Source: a virus
IMG/VR virus record: IMGVR_UViG_3300044470_000095
Coordinates: 5,624-69,623 of that record
DNA: 64,000 nt
Reading direction: 5' to 3' (one strand)
Position 1 is the first letter of the stretch, and every line of letters starts with the position of its first letter. Below are positions 1-8,218 of this stretch, piece after piece. Under the pieces are notes generated by a model that was not told the DNA's origin, searched no databases, and was given only the letters and a program-made list of their open reading frames with translations. A program made the translations under genes and the position numbers.

Positions 1-64
1 CAGCAAGCGTGCGGCCGGAAATCTCGGCGGTGTACGTGGTGCGCTTTGTCAGTTCGATGTACAT
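1..64 (-). CDS. Partial early-left hypothetical protein (MYIELTKRTTY..., runs off window)
   Basis: ATG at 64 preceded by purine-rich GAAGAGAGC; frame open to window edge. Confidence 0.45.
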   Translation of the reverse strand, partial: MYIELTKRTTYTAEISGRTLA

Positions 65-508
65 GCTCTCTTCTGTATGACTTCGTTGAATTAGTGCCGG
101 TTACGTTTTCTCCGGCGCTCCCACAAAGGAGCCGTGCGCCATGTTTATCGGTCATCGAATGCATTACGCTTTGCAGACCTCTTTACTGCCGCAATTCAGT
201 GCAACCTCTGGTTGCCGTCAAGCCGTTCTATGGTCTACTGACTCCAGGCTTTCTCATGCCGCCAATTACCGCATCACCACTCCCGCCGGCATACTCGTGC
301 AGCCTTGCGCCGGAAACGCCATACACTTGCGTGTGCTGCAACGTATAATTCTTGCCGGTTACGTCTCCGGCGCGGACTTTCACCGCCGTCTTGTAGCCTT
401 GTGCCCGATAGGGGCTTTTTTGGTCTTCGACCGGCTTTCCTTCGACCGTCTACCTATCGTGTCCAGCATTAGCGCGGGGATTAGCTGGCGAATCTCATAT
501 TTACGCGC
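65..508 (-). ncRNA. Putative structured ncRNA cluster downstream of the hammerhead
   Basis: No credible ORF on the sense strand; many hairpins with GNRA-type loops; two copies of GCGCCGGAG(A/AAAA)CGTAACCGGCA at ~96-118 and ~353-373. Confidence 0.6.
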
Positions 509-560
509 GATTCCTACGCTTTCGCGTTTCGTCCGAATTTCACGGACTCATCAGGAAATC
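509..560 (-). ncRNA. Type I hammerhead ribozyme
   Basis: Minus strand reads GATTTC-CTGATGA-GTCCG(TGAAATT)CGGAC-GAAA-CGC(GAAA)GCG-TA-GGAATC: full core, stems I-III, GUA cleavage triplet. Confidence 0.92.
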
Positions 561-649
561 TTGCCGTCACGACCTCGGCTACGTGCTCCCTCAGGACTTC
601 CGCTTTCGCGGGTTGCAAGAGTCTTTCGAAAACTGCTTGCGGGTAAAAC

Positions 650-1015
650 TCAGTCTCCAGTCCAAACCGGCCTAAAATCGCGGCGCGGCTTTTGCAGATC
701 GACCGTGATCGGGTCGTAATCGACAAACGGAACCCGCAGTCCGGCAGCGCGCAACGCCTCCGGCGAGTCGTGCCGAACTTCTTCCACCTGGCTGTTCACA
801 TGCATTTCTTCCCAAGCCGTCTGCACGCCGTCGAGATAAACCGGAACGAGCTTGGTCTTGAAACCGAACTTGACGGCGTTGGCGTTGCGAATGATCGGAA
901 AACCAGTGCCGCACAGTGCTTCGATCATGCGTAAAACAGAGTTCCCCGCGTTCGCGCCGATAGTCTTTTGATCGCCGTTACCGAGGGCTACTTGCGGGGT
1001 CGTCGTTGTTTGCAT
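650..1015 (-). CDS. First gene of the pL operon, hypothetical protein (N position)
   Basis: 121-aa ORF directly after the pL promoter and an AC-rich leader. Confidence 0.75.
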   Translation of the reverse strand: MQTTTTPQVALGNGDQKTIGANAGNSVLRMIEALCGTGFPIIRNANAVKFGFKTKLVPVYLDGVQTAWEEMHVNSQVEEVRHDSPEALRAAGLRVPFVDYDPITVDLQKPRRDFRPVWTGD

Positions 1016-1048
1016 GATCTGACTGGCGGTTGGTGGGTCGATGAACGT

Positions 1049-1089
1049 ATAATAGCACTGCTATTTTGCATGTCAATAGCAAAGCTAGT
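1049..1089 (-). promoter_or_regulatory. pL promoter with OL operators
   Basis: TTGACA-N16-TATTAT with extended -10 TG; operators AATAGCACTGCTATT (1051-1065) and AATAGCAAAGCTAGT (1075-1089) match those at OR. Confidence 0.85.
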
Positions 1090-1217
1090 AAATAATTCGA
1101 AAAAGAGTAAAATATTCCCCAACCGCCGAAAAGCGGCGAAAAAATACCGGCGCAGGCCGGTGGATGTAGGTAGTTGATGTATCAGGTAGGCGAGGCGGCG
1201 CGAACCGCCCCGCGTTC

Positions 1218-1313
1218 CTAGGAAGTCATCAAGCCGATGAGAACTTGCAGGAGTGCTGCAAGCGCCCAAAGGTTGATTTCCACCTGTATTGCTTTGGTTT
1301 TCAGCTTAAACAT
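1218..1313 (-). CDS. 31-aa hydrophobic peptide (type I toxin-like) with a long structured leader
   Basis: MFKLKTKAIQVEINLWALAALLQVLIGLMTS: basic N-terminus plus one TM segment; GC hairpin after the stop. Confidence 0.5.
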   Translation of the reverse strand: MFKLKTKAIQVEINLWALAALLQVLIGLMTS

Positions 1314-1579
1314 GAATGTCTCACGAGTAAGCAGTCGCACCAGGCCTGAGCGACCACTATGGAAATGGTGGCCGTTCTTTTCAGCGGTTACGAAGTGGTC
1401 TGGCCTCACGGTCAGTTTTCTTTACCGCCTTGTAGCAGCACTACGCTACCCCTCGATGTGCGCACAAAGAGGGCGGATTACTCCCCGTCGCAGTGGCGGG
1501 GAGTTCCGAATTCAATTATTGAACGCTTGTTGGGCAGACTTCGTAGCTGTTGATGGCGACGATAACGCCATTGTTAGGG

Positions 1580-1843
1580 CTATTTTCGAGTTGCGTACCA
1601 TCCTCTTGCGTTCATGCAACTTGCAAACATGCTATTACGATTGCCGGCATTCGCATCATATGTGACTTGGTATTTTCTACCTTGCGCTGTCGCTAGGTTC
1701 TCCTGATATGCGCTTGCCGAATCCTGCATGCAGGCGTACTTATCTTGCGCAAACTCCCCTTGCGTGCCGCCGTCCTTGTGATAGATGGTTTGGCACCCAG
1801 CTAATCCCGTTGAAAATAAAATCGGAAGCAATATTTTTTTCAT
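1580..1843 (-). CDS. Small lipoprotein in the immunity region (possible superinfection exclusion)
   Basis: Lipobox LAGC after a hydrophobic signal; downstream of cI. Confidence 0.7.
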   Translation of the reverse strand: MKKILLPILFSTGLAGCQTIYHKDGGTQGEFAQDKYACMQDSASAYQENLATAQGRKYQVTYDANAGNRNSMFASCMNARGWYATRK

Positions 1844-1879
1844 ATTTCCCTTAGTTCGGCATTCGGCGTGCCGTTGCGC

Positions 1880-2242
1880 CTATTTCGATACCTTGCATGG
1901 AAAGGCTGCGTAAAGAGACCTTGCGACTAGTATTTCTGCTGAGAAGTTCCATTGATCTGGATGAGCTACAAGATAATTTTTAGTAATTGCAATAAGTTGG
2001 CCTGGCGTGACATTTTGCGGCGCGCAAATAGAAACGCCGTCAAGCGTGTCATAAACCCCGGTTATATAGCCAAGCAATTGAAATTCGAATTGATAGTCTT
2101 CCTGCGAAAGTGCGCGATTTTCCTTCACTCTATTGTCGGCCTCAATCCATTGATGAAGTTCGCTGCCAGTGTGAAAAGCGCCAGTTCCGGCCCCATGTGC
2201 GGAAAATGAAATAAAAGCAATGAGTGAAATTATTTTCTTCAT
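1880..2242 (-). CDS. Rap1a/Tai-family periplasmic immunity protein
   Basis: Signal peptide; TGxEL...GYITGVYD...ICAPxxVTxGQL...YLxxHP...AFPC pattern. Confidence 0.8.
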   Translation of the reverse strand: MKKIISLIAFISFSAHGAGTGAFHTGSELHQWIEADNRVKENRALSQEDYQFEFQLLGYITGVYDTLDGVSICAPQNVTPGQLIAITKNYLVAHPDQWNFSAEILVARSLYAAFPCKVSK

Positions 2243-2253
2243 GGCGTGTGCGC

Positions 2254-2757
2254 TTATTTCTCGGTAATTTTCGATTTTCCCGGCTTCTTTCCGCCAAATG
2301 GATTAGAGACGGATACGTTGCCAGGTTTTGAATCTGTCAGCATGTTGTTGGCACTATGCTCAAGCTCGTGCTGCTGTTCCTGGGATAATTGGCGATACAT
2401 CATAATCAGAGCTGCCTCTGGGCCGGTCAGATTTGTAAAGTTCATAACCAATTGACTTGGCGGCGTGGCGGCGGATGACGCTGCGTACTCAACAGCCATT
2501 TCAGCTAAAGTCGGACTGAAATCTCCAATCCTCACATTAAGCCCATCGGCAAATGCCTTTGCGGCCTTCAAGTTCAGTGATCGCTTGGCATTCAAATACT
2601 GCCAAACCATTCCTTGTGTTCCTATTTCAAACTGCAAACCAAAAGCACCCTGCGATAAATCTTGTTTTTCAAATAACGCTTTCAAGCGATTGGCATCCTC
2701 AACCTGCCAATCGTCCAATTTTGCTTTATTCGCTTTTGCTGGTTCTTTTTTCATCAT
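2254..2757 (-). CDS. cI: CI-like repressor (HTH, no S24 peptidase domain)
   Basis: LSQGAFG...QGMVWQYLNAKRSLN...FSPTLA HTH; divergent from cro. Confidence 0.85.
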   Translation of the reverse strand: MMKKEPAKANKAKLDDWQVEDANRLKALFEKQDLSQGAFGLQFEIGTQGMVWQYLNAKRSLNLKAAKAFADGLNVRIGDFSPTLAEMAVEYAASSAATPPSQLVMNFTNLTGPEAALIMMYRQLSQEQQHELEHSANNMLTDSKPGNVSVSNPFGGKKPGKSKITEK

Positions 2758-2760
2758 TCG

Positions 2761-2828
2761 AGCATAGCAATGCTATTTTAAAGTGCAACGAGCAAAGCTG
2801 TTGACATGATAAATAGCTGTGCTATTAT
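2761..2828. promoter_or_regulatory. OR region with pR, pRM and three operators
   Basis: pR TTGACA(2801)-N16-TATTAT; pRM TTGCAC-N16-TATGCT on minus strand; ATAGC-N3-GCTAT sites at ~2764 and ~2813, degenerate site at ~2789; both genes likely leaderless. Confidence 0.85.
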
Positions 2829-2834
2829 GTTTGC

Positions 2835-3071
2835 ATGGATATACAAACATACCTCACCGAAAACGACATTAGCAAAGCCGAATTTGCTCGGAAAATTGGC
2901 GTTTCAAGCGACCTTGTGTATCAGTGGATAAAGGGGTTACGCCCAGTCGCAATCCCGCATTGCAAAACAATATTTGCGGAAACAAAAGGTATTGTGACTC
3001 TTCAAATATTGCGTCCGAATGACTGGCAAAAAATCTGGCCCGAACTCTCCCAAACAGAGGTAGCGAAATGA
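2835..3071 (+). CDS. cro: Cro/YdaS-like HTH regulator
   Basis: SKAEFARKIGVSSDLVYQW...LRPNDWQKIWPEL. Confidence 0.9.
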   Translation: MDIQTYLTENDISKAEFARKIGVSSDLVYQWIKGLRPVAIPHCKTIFAETKGIVTLQILRPNDWQKIWPELSQTEVAK

Positions 3072-3229
3072 CCTGCCGCCGCTGCCAATCACCGGTCCCA
3101 ATCGCAATGAAAGCTCGCACAGATCCAGGCGAACAATCGTACTGCGCGCCGTGCGTCGAGACGATGGGCGAGGGATACGAGCGGAACCTGGGCGACGTGC
3201 TGGATTTGACGCCGCTTGAGTTTGAGTGA
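3068..3229 (+). CDS. Small CxxC...CxxC zinc-finger protein (53 aa)
   Basis: ATGA overlap with cro; MTCRRCQ...YCAPC. Confidence 0.65.
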   Translation: MTCRRCQSPVPIAMKARTDPGEQSYCAPCVETMGEGYERNLGDVLDLTPLEFE

Positions 3230-3303
3230 TTTGGTTTCGAGTTCATGAAAAAAATTTTCACATAAAACCGACCTTCAACCATCGTCAATTCGATTGCATC
3301 CAA

Positions 3304-3664
3304 ATGAAGACACTTGACTTACGCATCCGGCGCCCCATCAAACCGATCAATTCCGAGGACTGGAAGACATGGGACTCGGAAGCGAAGGTCATTACCGACA
3401 TGGTGAAAAGCAGCGGTCTCCAAGGCACAAAGCGGCGGCGCACGCCTCTCCGAGCGCGATATGGAGGCGTTGATGGACGGTTGCGGCAGCGAGTCGTGGA
3501 TTCACTATTGGCTGCTCAAGCGGGGCTATGACCCGCGATCACTGCGCCGGATCGAATCCGATATCGAAAAGGAAAATCGCGAACTCCGCGAAAAGCTGGC
3601 AACCGTCGAGGCTGAACGCGCAGTTGAGTTACGACTATTCACAAAATTGAGGAGCGCTGCGTGA
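3304..3664 (+). pseudogene. cII: CII-like regulator broken by a frameshifting internal deletion
   Basis: N-terminal (..KSSGL) and C-terminal (SKAQSGGARL..LMDGCGSE..RGYDPRSLRR) parts are in different frames, joined at TCTCCAAG ~3417-3424. Confidence 0.65.
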
Positions 3665-3894
3665 AAACTGCACTGACCGCCCAAGAAAAAAACGAAATAG
3701 TTCGCCATGCTTTGCTTGCCGAAGCCGGCGAATGGAATCCAATCAGCCCGACAGAACTTGCTCGAAAAATCAATCAACCCTGGTGTGTTATCGACGGCTT
3801 CGCAAGTTCGGCTGCGGTTTGCCCAATCCTGAAAAGGATCGGCGCGCAGAAAGCCGGTCGCGGATCGCACGTCAAATACTGGATGCCAAAATGA
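3661..3894 (+). CDS. Hypothetical protein (winged-HTH-like)
   Basis: GTGA overlap; coupled within the operon. Confidence 0.6.
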   Translation: MKTALTAQEKNEIVRHALLAEAGEWNPISPTELARKINQPWCVIDGFASSAAVCPILKRIGAQKAGRGSHVKYWMPK

Positions 3895-4268
3895 CGATTC
3901 GCATACCTCCCGCAAGGTGCGTCAATCAGCATCGCGTTGGCCGCTTCATATTCGAGCGCGGCCCGAAGTCGAAAGCGTCGATCTTGCAATTCATGCGCCG
4001 ACACTGCGCCGATTTTTCCGTGCATGAGGTCGTCAAGAAAATGATTGGTCTTGGCTTGATCGAAGAATTTGGCGGATTGCTTTATATCTGCGAAGAACTC
4101 AAGACGCACTATACCGACATCGACGCCGCCCGCTCCGCGCAGCAAGCGGTAATCACGCCGCCGCGCACGTTTGTTCGATCTGGAACGCTTGACTGCAAGG
4201 CTCTGTATGCCGGCGCGCTGGGGCGCATTGGCACGTTGCGGTCGCCATTGAATATGGGAAACCCATGA
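3891..4268 (+). CDS. Hypothetical protein
   Basis: ATGA overlaps at both ends. Confidence 0.6.
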   Translation: MTIRIPPARCVNQHRVGRFIFERGPKSKASILQFMRRHCADFSVHEVVKKMIGLGLIEEFGGLLYICEELKTHYTDIDAARSAQQAVITPPRTFVRSGTLDCKALYAGALGRIGTLRSPLNMGNP

Positions 4269-6868
4269 CTGACGCATACCACGAATTTTTGCGCGGCAAG
4301 ATCAAACTGGCGCAGCGCAAGGGTTTTGACGTTCCTCTTGACGAAATAAATTCCGGTCTGAAGCCTCACACTCGGGACATTGTCCGGTGGGCACTTGCCG
4401 GCGGCCAGCGCGCAATCTTCGCTTCGTTTGGCCTGCACAAGACGGCAACGCAACTCGAAATTATGAGGCTCATTGGCGCGCATTACGATGGTCTGCGCGG
4501 CATCGTTTTGCCGCTTGGGGTGCGCCAAGAGTTCATGCGCGAGGTTGTAAAACGCTTTACCGGAGAATATGCCGTCGACCTTCGCTTTATTCGCTCCGAT
4601 GCCGAGATCGGCGACGACCGCACTATCTACATGACGAATTACGAATCGGTGCGCGAAGGCAAGATCGATATTTCAAAATTTCGCGCAACAACACTTGATG
4701 AGGCGAGCGTTTTACGCAGTTACGGTAGCAAGACCTATCAGGAGTTCTTGCCCGCGTTCGAGCCGGTCGAGTTCAAATTCGTTGCTACCGCAACGCCAAG
4801 CCCCAACCGCTTTAAAGAACTGATCCATTACGCCGGCTACCTGGGTGTCATGGATACGGGGCAAGCGCTTACACGATTCTTCCAGCGCGACAGCGAGAAG
4901 GCTGGAAATCTCACGCTCTACCCGCACAAAGAAGCTGAATTCTGGATGTGGGTTGCGAGCTGGGCGGTTTTCATTCAGCGACCAAGCGATCTTGGCTATT
5001 CCGACGAAGGCTACGAACTTCCGCCGCTCGACGTCCGCTATCACGAGGTGCCGAGCAATTACGCTGCCGCCGGCGCCGAAAAGAACGGTCAAGGCCTGTT
5101 GATACCGAATGTCGCAATGAGTTTGTCATCCGCCGCCGGCGAGAAACGCCACAGCATGGATGCGCGGGTCGCCAAGGTTGCGGAAATCATGGCCGAGTCG
5201 CCAGACGATCATTTCGTGATCTGGCACGATTTGGAAGACGAGCGCCACGCGATTCAACGGGAAATTTCCAGTGTGGTCAGTGTTTGGGGTACGCAGGAAC
5301 TCGAAGAGAGAGAGCAGCGCATTGCGGATTTCAGCGACGGCAAGATCAAGGATTTATCGACCAAGCCCATCATCGCCGGGTCGGGGTGCAATTTCCAAGT
5401 GCATTGCCACCGCGAGATATTCGCTGGCATCGGCTTCAAATTCAACGACTTCATTCAGGCGATCCACCGTGTTCAGCGCTTCCAGCAAGCGCACCCGGTA
5501 CGGATCGACATCGTTCACACCGAGGTCGAGCGCAAGGTGTTGGCTGACCTGCAGGCGAAATGGCGACAACACGATGAGATGCAGGTCAAGATGTCCGAAA
5601 TCATCCGCACCTACGGCCTGGACCAGCTGCAGATGCAAGACACGCTGGCGCGCACCATCGGCGTCGAGCGCGCCGAGGTTCGCGGAAAATACTTCACGGT
5701 TGCCAACAACGATTGCGTGCTGGAAGCGCGGACGAAGGAAGCGAACTCGGTCGGCTTGATCGTGACATCAGTTCCTTTCGCGAACCATTATGAGTATACG
5801 CCGAGCTACAACGACTTCGGCCACACCCAGGATAACAATCATTTCTGGTCGCAGATGGATTTCCTGACTCCTGAGCTTTACCGGATACTGCAACCTGGTC
5901 GAATCTACGCCTGCCACGTCAAGGACCGGATCAATTTCGGCAACGTGACCGGATTCGGCTTGCCGACCAGCAGTCCGTTCCACTGCGAAGCGACCATGCA
6001 CGGTATCAAGCACGGTTTCGACTATCTCGGCGTCATCACCGTTGTAACGGACGTGGTGCGCGAGAACAATCAAACCTACCGCCTCGGATACTCGGAAGTC
6101 TGCAAGGACGGCACGAAGATGAGCGTCGGCTCGCCGGAATACATTATTCTTTTTCACAAGCCGCAGTCGGATCGATCGCGCGGCTATGCCGACGTGCCAG
6201 TCAGTAAGGAAAAGCCTCTATGTATGGACGATGACGGCGTTATAGGTCCATTTGATAGAAGAGCGGCGCCTGTTGCTGGGACCGGCTACAGCGTCGCGCG
6301 CTGGCAGATTGATGCGCATGCATTCTGGCGCTCAAGCGGCAACCGGCTGTTGACGGCTGAAGAGTTGGCGGCCTACGGAACGGCGAAACTGGCCAAGATG
6401 TTCACCGAGATGTCGCTGAACAACGTCTACGACTACGAATACCATGTGCGCGTCGGCGAAGCGCTGCTGGCCAAGAAGTCGCTGCCCGCCGATTACATGA
6501 GCCTGGCGCCCGGCAGCAACGATCCGGTGGTGTGGCACGACATCGTGCGCATGCGGACATTGAATGGCGAGCAGTCGGCGCGCGCGGTCGAGAAACACGT
6601 ATGTCCGTTCCAGATCGATATCGTCGACCGCCTCATCACACGCTACAGCAACCCAGGTGATTTGGTCTACGATCCGTTCGCCGGATTGGGTACAGTGCCA
6701 GTACGTGCGCTGAAGCTGGGGCGTCGTGGTGCCGGCTCCGAATTGAGTTCCGCCTACTTTGCCGACCAGGTGCATTACCTGCAGGCGATGGAGCGCGAAA
6801 TCAGCATGCCGACACTTTTTGATTTCGAGCAAATGGAAGCGTTGGAAGCGATGGAGGCCGTAGCGTGA
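4265..6868 (+). CDS. SNF2-type helicase fused to a beta-class N4/N6 DNA methyltransferase
   Basis: Helicase motifs FGLHKT, LDEAS, TATPSPN, QAIHRVQRF; MTase TSVPF (motif IV variant) and DPFAGLGT (motif I). Confidence 0.9.
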   Translation: MTDAYHEFLRGKIKLAQRKGFDVPLDEINSGLKPHTRDIVRWALAGGQRAIFASFGLHKTATQLEIMRLIGAHYDGLRGIVLPLGVRQEFMREVVKRFTGEYAVDLRFIRSDAEIGDDRTIYMTNYESVREGKIDISKFRATTLDEASVLRSYGSKTYQEFLPAFEPVEFKFVATATPSPNRFKELIHYAGYLGVMDTGQALTRFFQRDSEKAGNLTLYPHKEAEFWMWVASWAVFIQRPSDLGYSDEGYELPPLDVRYHEVPSNYAAAGAEKNGQGLLIPNVAMSLSSAAGEKRHSMDARVAKVAEIMAESPDDHFVIWHDLEDERHAIQREISSVVSVWGTQELEEREQRIADFSDGKIKDLSTKPIIAGSGCNFQVHCHREIFAGIGFKFNDFIQAIHRVQRFQQAHPVRIDIVHTEVERKVLADLQAKWRQHDEMQVKMSEIIRTYGLDQLQMQDTLARTIGVERAEVRGKYFTVANNDCVLEARTKEANSVGLIVTSVPFANHYEYTPSYNDFGHTQDNNHFWSQMDFLTPELYRILQPGRIYACHVKDRINFGNVTGFGLPTSSPFHCEATMHGIKHGFDYLGVITVVTDVVRENNQTYRLGYSEVCKDGTKMSVGSPEYIILFHKPQSDRSRGYADVPVSKEKPLCMDDDGVIGPFDRRAAPVAGTGYSVARWQIDAHAFWRSSGNRLLTAEELAAYGTAKLAKMFTEMSLNNVYDYEYHVRVGEALLAKKSLPADYMSLAPGSNDPVVWHDIVRMRTLNGEQSARAVEKHVCPFQIDIVDRLITRYSNPGDLVYDPFAGLGTVPVRALKLGRRGAGSELSSAYFADQVHYLQAMEREISMPTLFDFEQMEALEAMEAVA

Positions 6869-7392
6869 GCGAATGCCTACTTATGCGAGATCGCAGCATC
6901 GCGGTCACACCAGCCGAGAGCGAAGCCGCCCACAAGGTATTGACAAAAGGTTTGCGCGGCATCGACGACAAGAATCAAAAGCGGTGGCTGCGATTCCTGA
7001 AAAACGTCTTCAACCTTGAAGATGGCGAAATCGCTGAAATCGGCACGCGCATTCCGCGCTGCGGCCCATTCCATCGTTACCACATGGCCGTCGAGCAGGC
7101 TGTTTTCAACGCGCAAGAGCGCTTCCAGCATTTCGAGCAGTTCCGCAACTGGCTGAAGATCGGATCCGGGTTCTGCGACTGGTGTGCCGGCCCTAAAGGT
7201 GGAGTCATCCCAATCCCGCGCTCGATCAGTTACGCCGAGTTGGAAGAAGACCCGATGCGCGAGTTTCACGCCGACATGCTGGTGTTCCTGCGCGGCCCGC
7301 ACGCGGCATTCTATCTTTGGAAGCATCTGGGCGCGACCAAGGCCAACGAGATGATGGAAACCGTGTTGCGCGAGTTCGAGAGGCAAGGATGA
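6865..7392 (+). CDS. DUF1367/NinB-like protein
   Basis: FEQFRNWLKIGSGFCDW..IPIPRSISYA. Confidence 0.7.
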   Translation: MSECLLMRDRSIAVTPAESEAAHKVLTKGLRGIDDKNQKRWLRFLKNVFNLEDGEIAEIGTRIPRCGPFHRYHMAVEQAVFNAQERFQHFEQFRNWLKIGSGFCDWCAGPKGGVIPIPRSISYAELEEDPMREFHADMLVFLRGPHAAFYLWKHLGATKANEMMETVLREFERQG

Positions 7393-7796
7393 CTATCACC
7401 ACCTCCAGAGAGCAGCGCCGCCAACTTGCACGCGACAACGCCAAACTACCATCCGCTCTCGTCGAAATTCCACCGCATGAATGGCCGGAAATAACGCCTA
7501 CAGGATTAGTCAAGGTATTTAGATCAAGGAATTTTCTTGTTCAAGTATATGAGGCAGAACATCTTGATGGCTATCGCCGGCTTTCGATATGCCGCTCTGC
7601 GATAGACACGGAATCTGGACGATGGAAAGAAAATATTACCTGGGACGAACTGCAACAATTGAAGCGTGAAGCTGGGTACGGTGATATTGATGCCGTTGAA
7701 GTTTTTCCGGCAGATCGAGATGTCGTGAATGTTGCAAACATGAGGCATCTGTTTTTGATGGAATCGCCGCTTTCGTTTGCATGGCGGAAGAAATGA
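7389..7796 (+). CDS. Conserved phage protein
   Basis: ITWDELQQLKREAGYGD..AVEVFP...VNVANMRHL. Confidence 0.75.
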   Translation: MTITTSREQRRQLARDNAKLPSALVEIPPHEWPEITPTGLVKVFRSRNFLVQVYEAEHLDGYRRLSICRSAIDTESGRWKENITWDELQQLKREAGYGDIDAVEVFPADRDVVNVANMRHLFLMESPLSFAWRKK

Positions 7797-8218
7797 TGCG
7801 TCGCTCTACACTCAAACCGTCGACCACGCCCATGAAGCGCAGCGCCTTCAAACCACGCTTCGCCAAATCAAACGCGCTGACGGTGCCGGTGCGCAAGCCG
7901 ATGAAGTCGCACGGCAAGAAGCGCCCGACAGCCGAGGAAAGTGCCTGGATGGCCTTTGTCGCTGGCTTCGGCTGCGTGGTCTGCTGGAACGATCACGGAC
8001 AACGAACACCTTGCGATGTGCATCATATCGTTGAAGGTGGCCGGCGGTTAGGACATCTTTGGACAATCGGCCTTTGTCCTGGCCATCATCGCAATAATGA
8101 GCCGGGAAAGCTAGCTCGCCATGTGAATAAATCGAGATTTGAGGCGACGTATGGCGATGAGTACGAGCTGCACGCTTACCTTTTGACGCAGTACGAATTG
8201 AAGAGGCTCGGACAGTGA
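7793..8218 (+). CDS. Ref-family/HNH-like recombination nuclease
   Basis: GCVVC...HHI...GHLWTIGLCPGHHR...FEATYG. Confidence 0.75.
   Translation: MMRRSTLKPSTTPMKRSAFKPRFAKSNALTVPVRKPMKSHGKKRPTAEESAWMAFVAGFGCVVCWNDHGQRTPCDVHHIVEGGRRLGHLWTIGLCPGHHRNNEPGKLARHVNKSRFEATYGDEYELHAYLLTQYELKRLGQ

Noticed and set aside
46-719. Plus-strand ORFs of 100 and 192 aa over the RNA cluster
   Set aside because: Opposite to operon direction, atypical composition and no RBS; better explained by structured RNA on the minus strand
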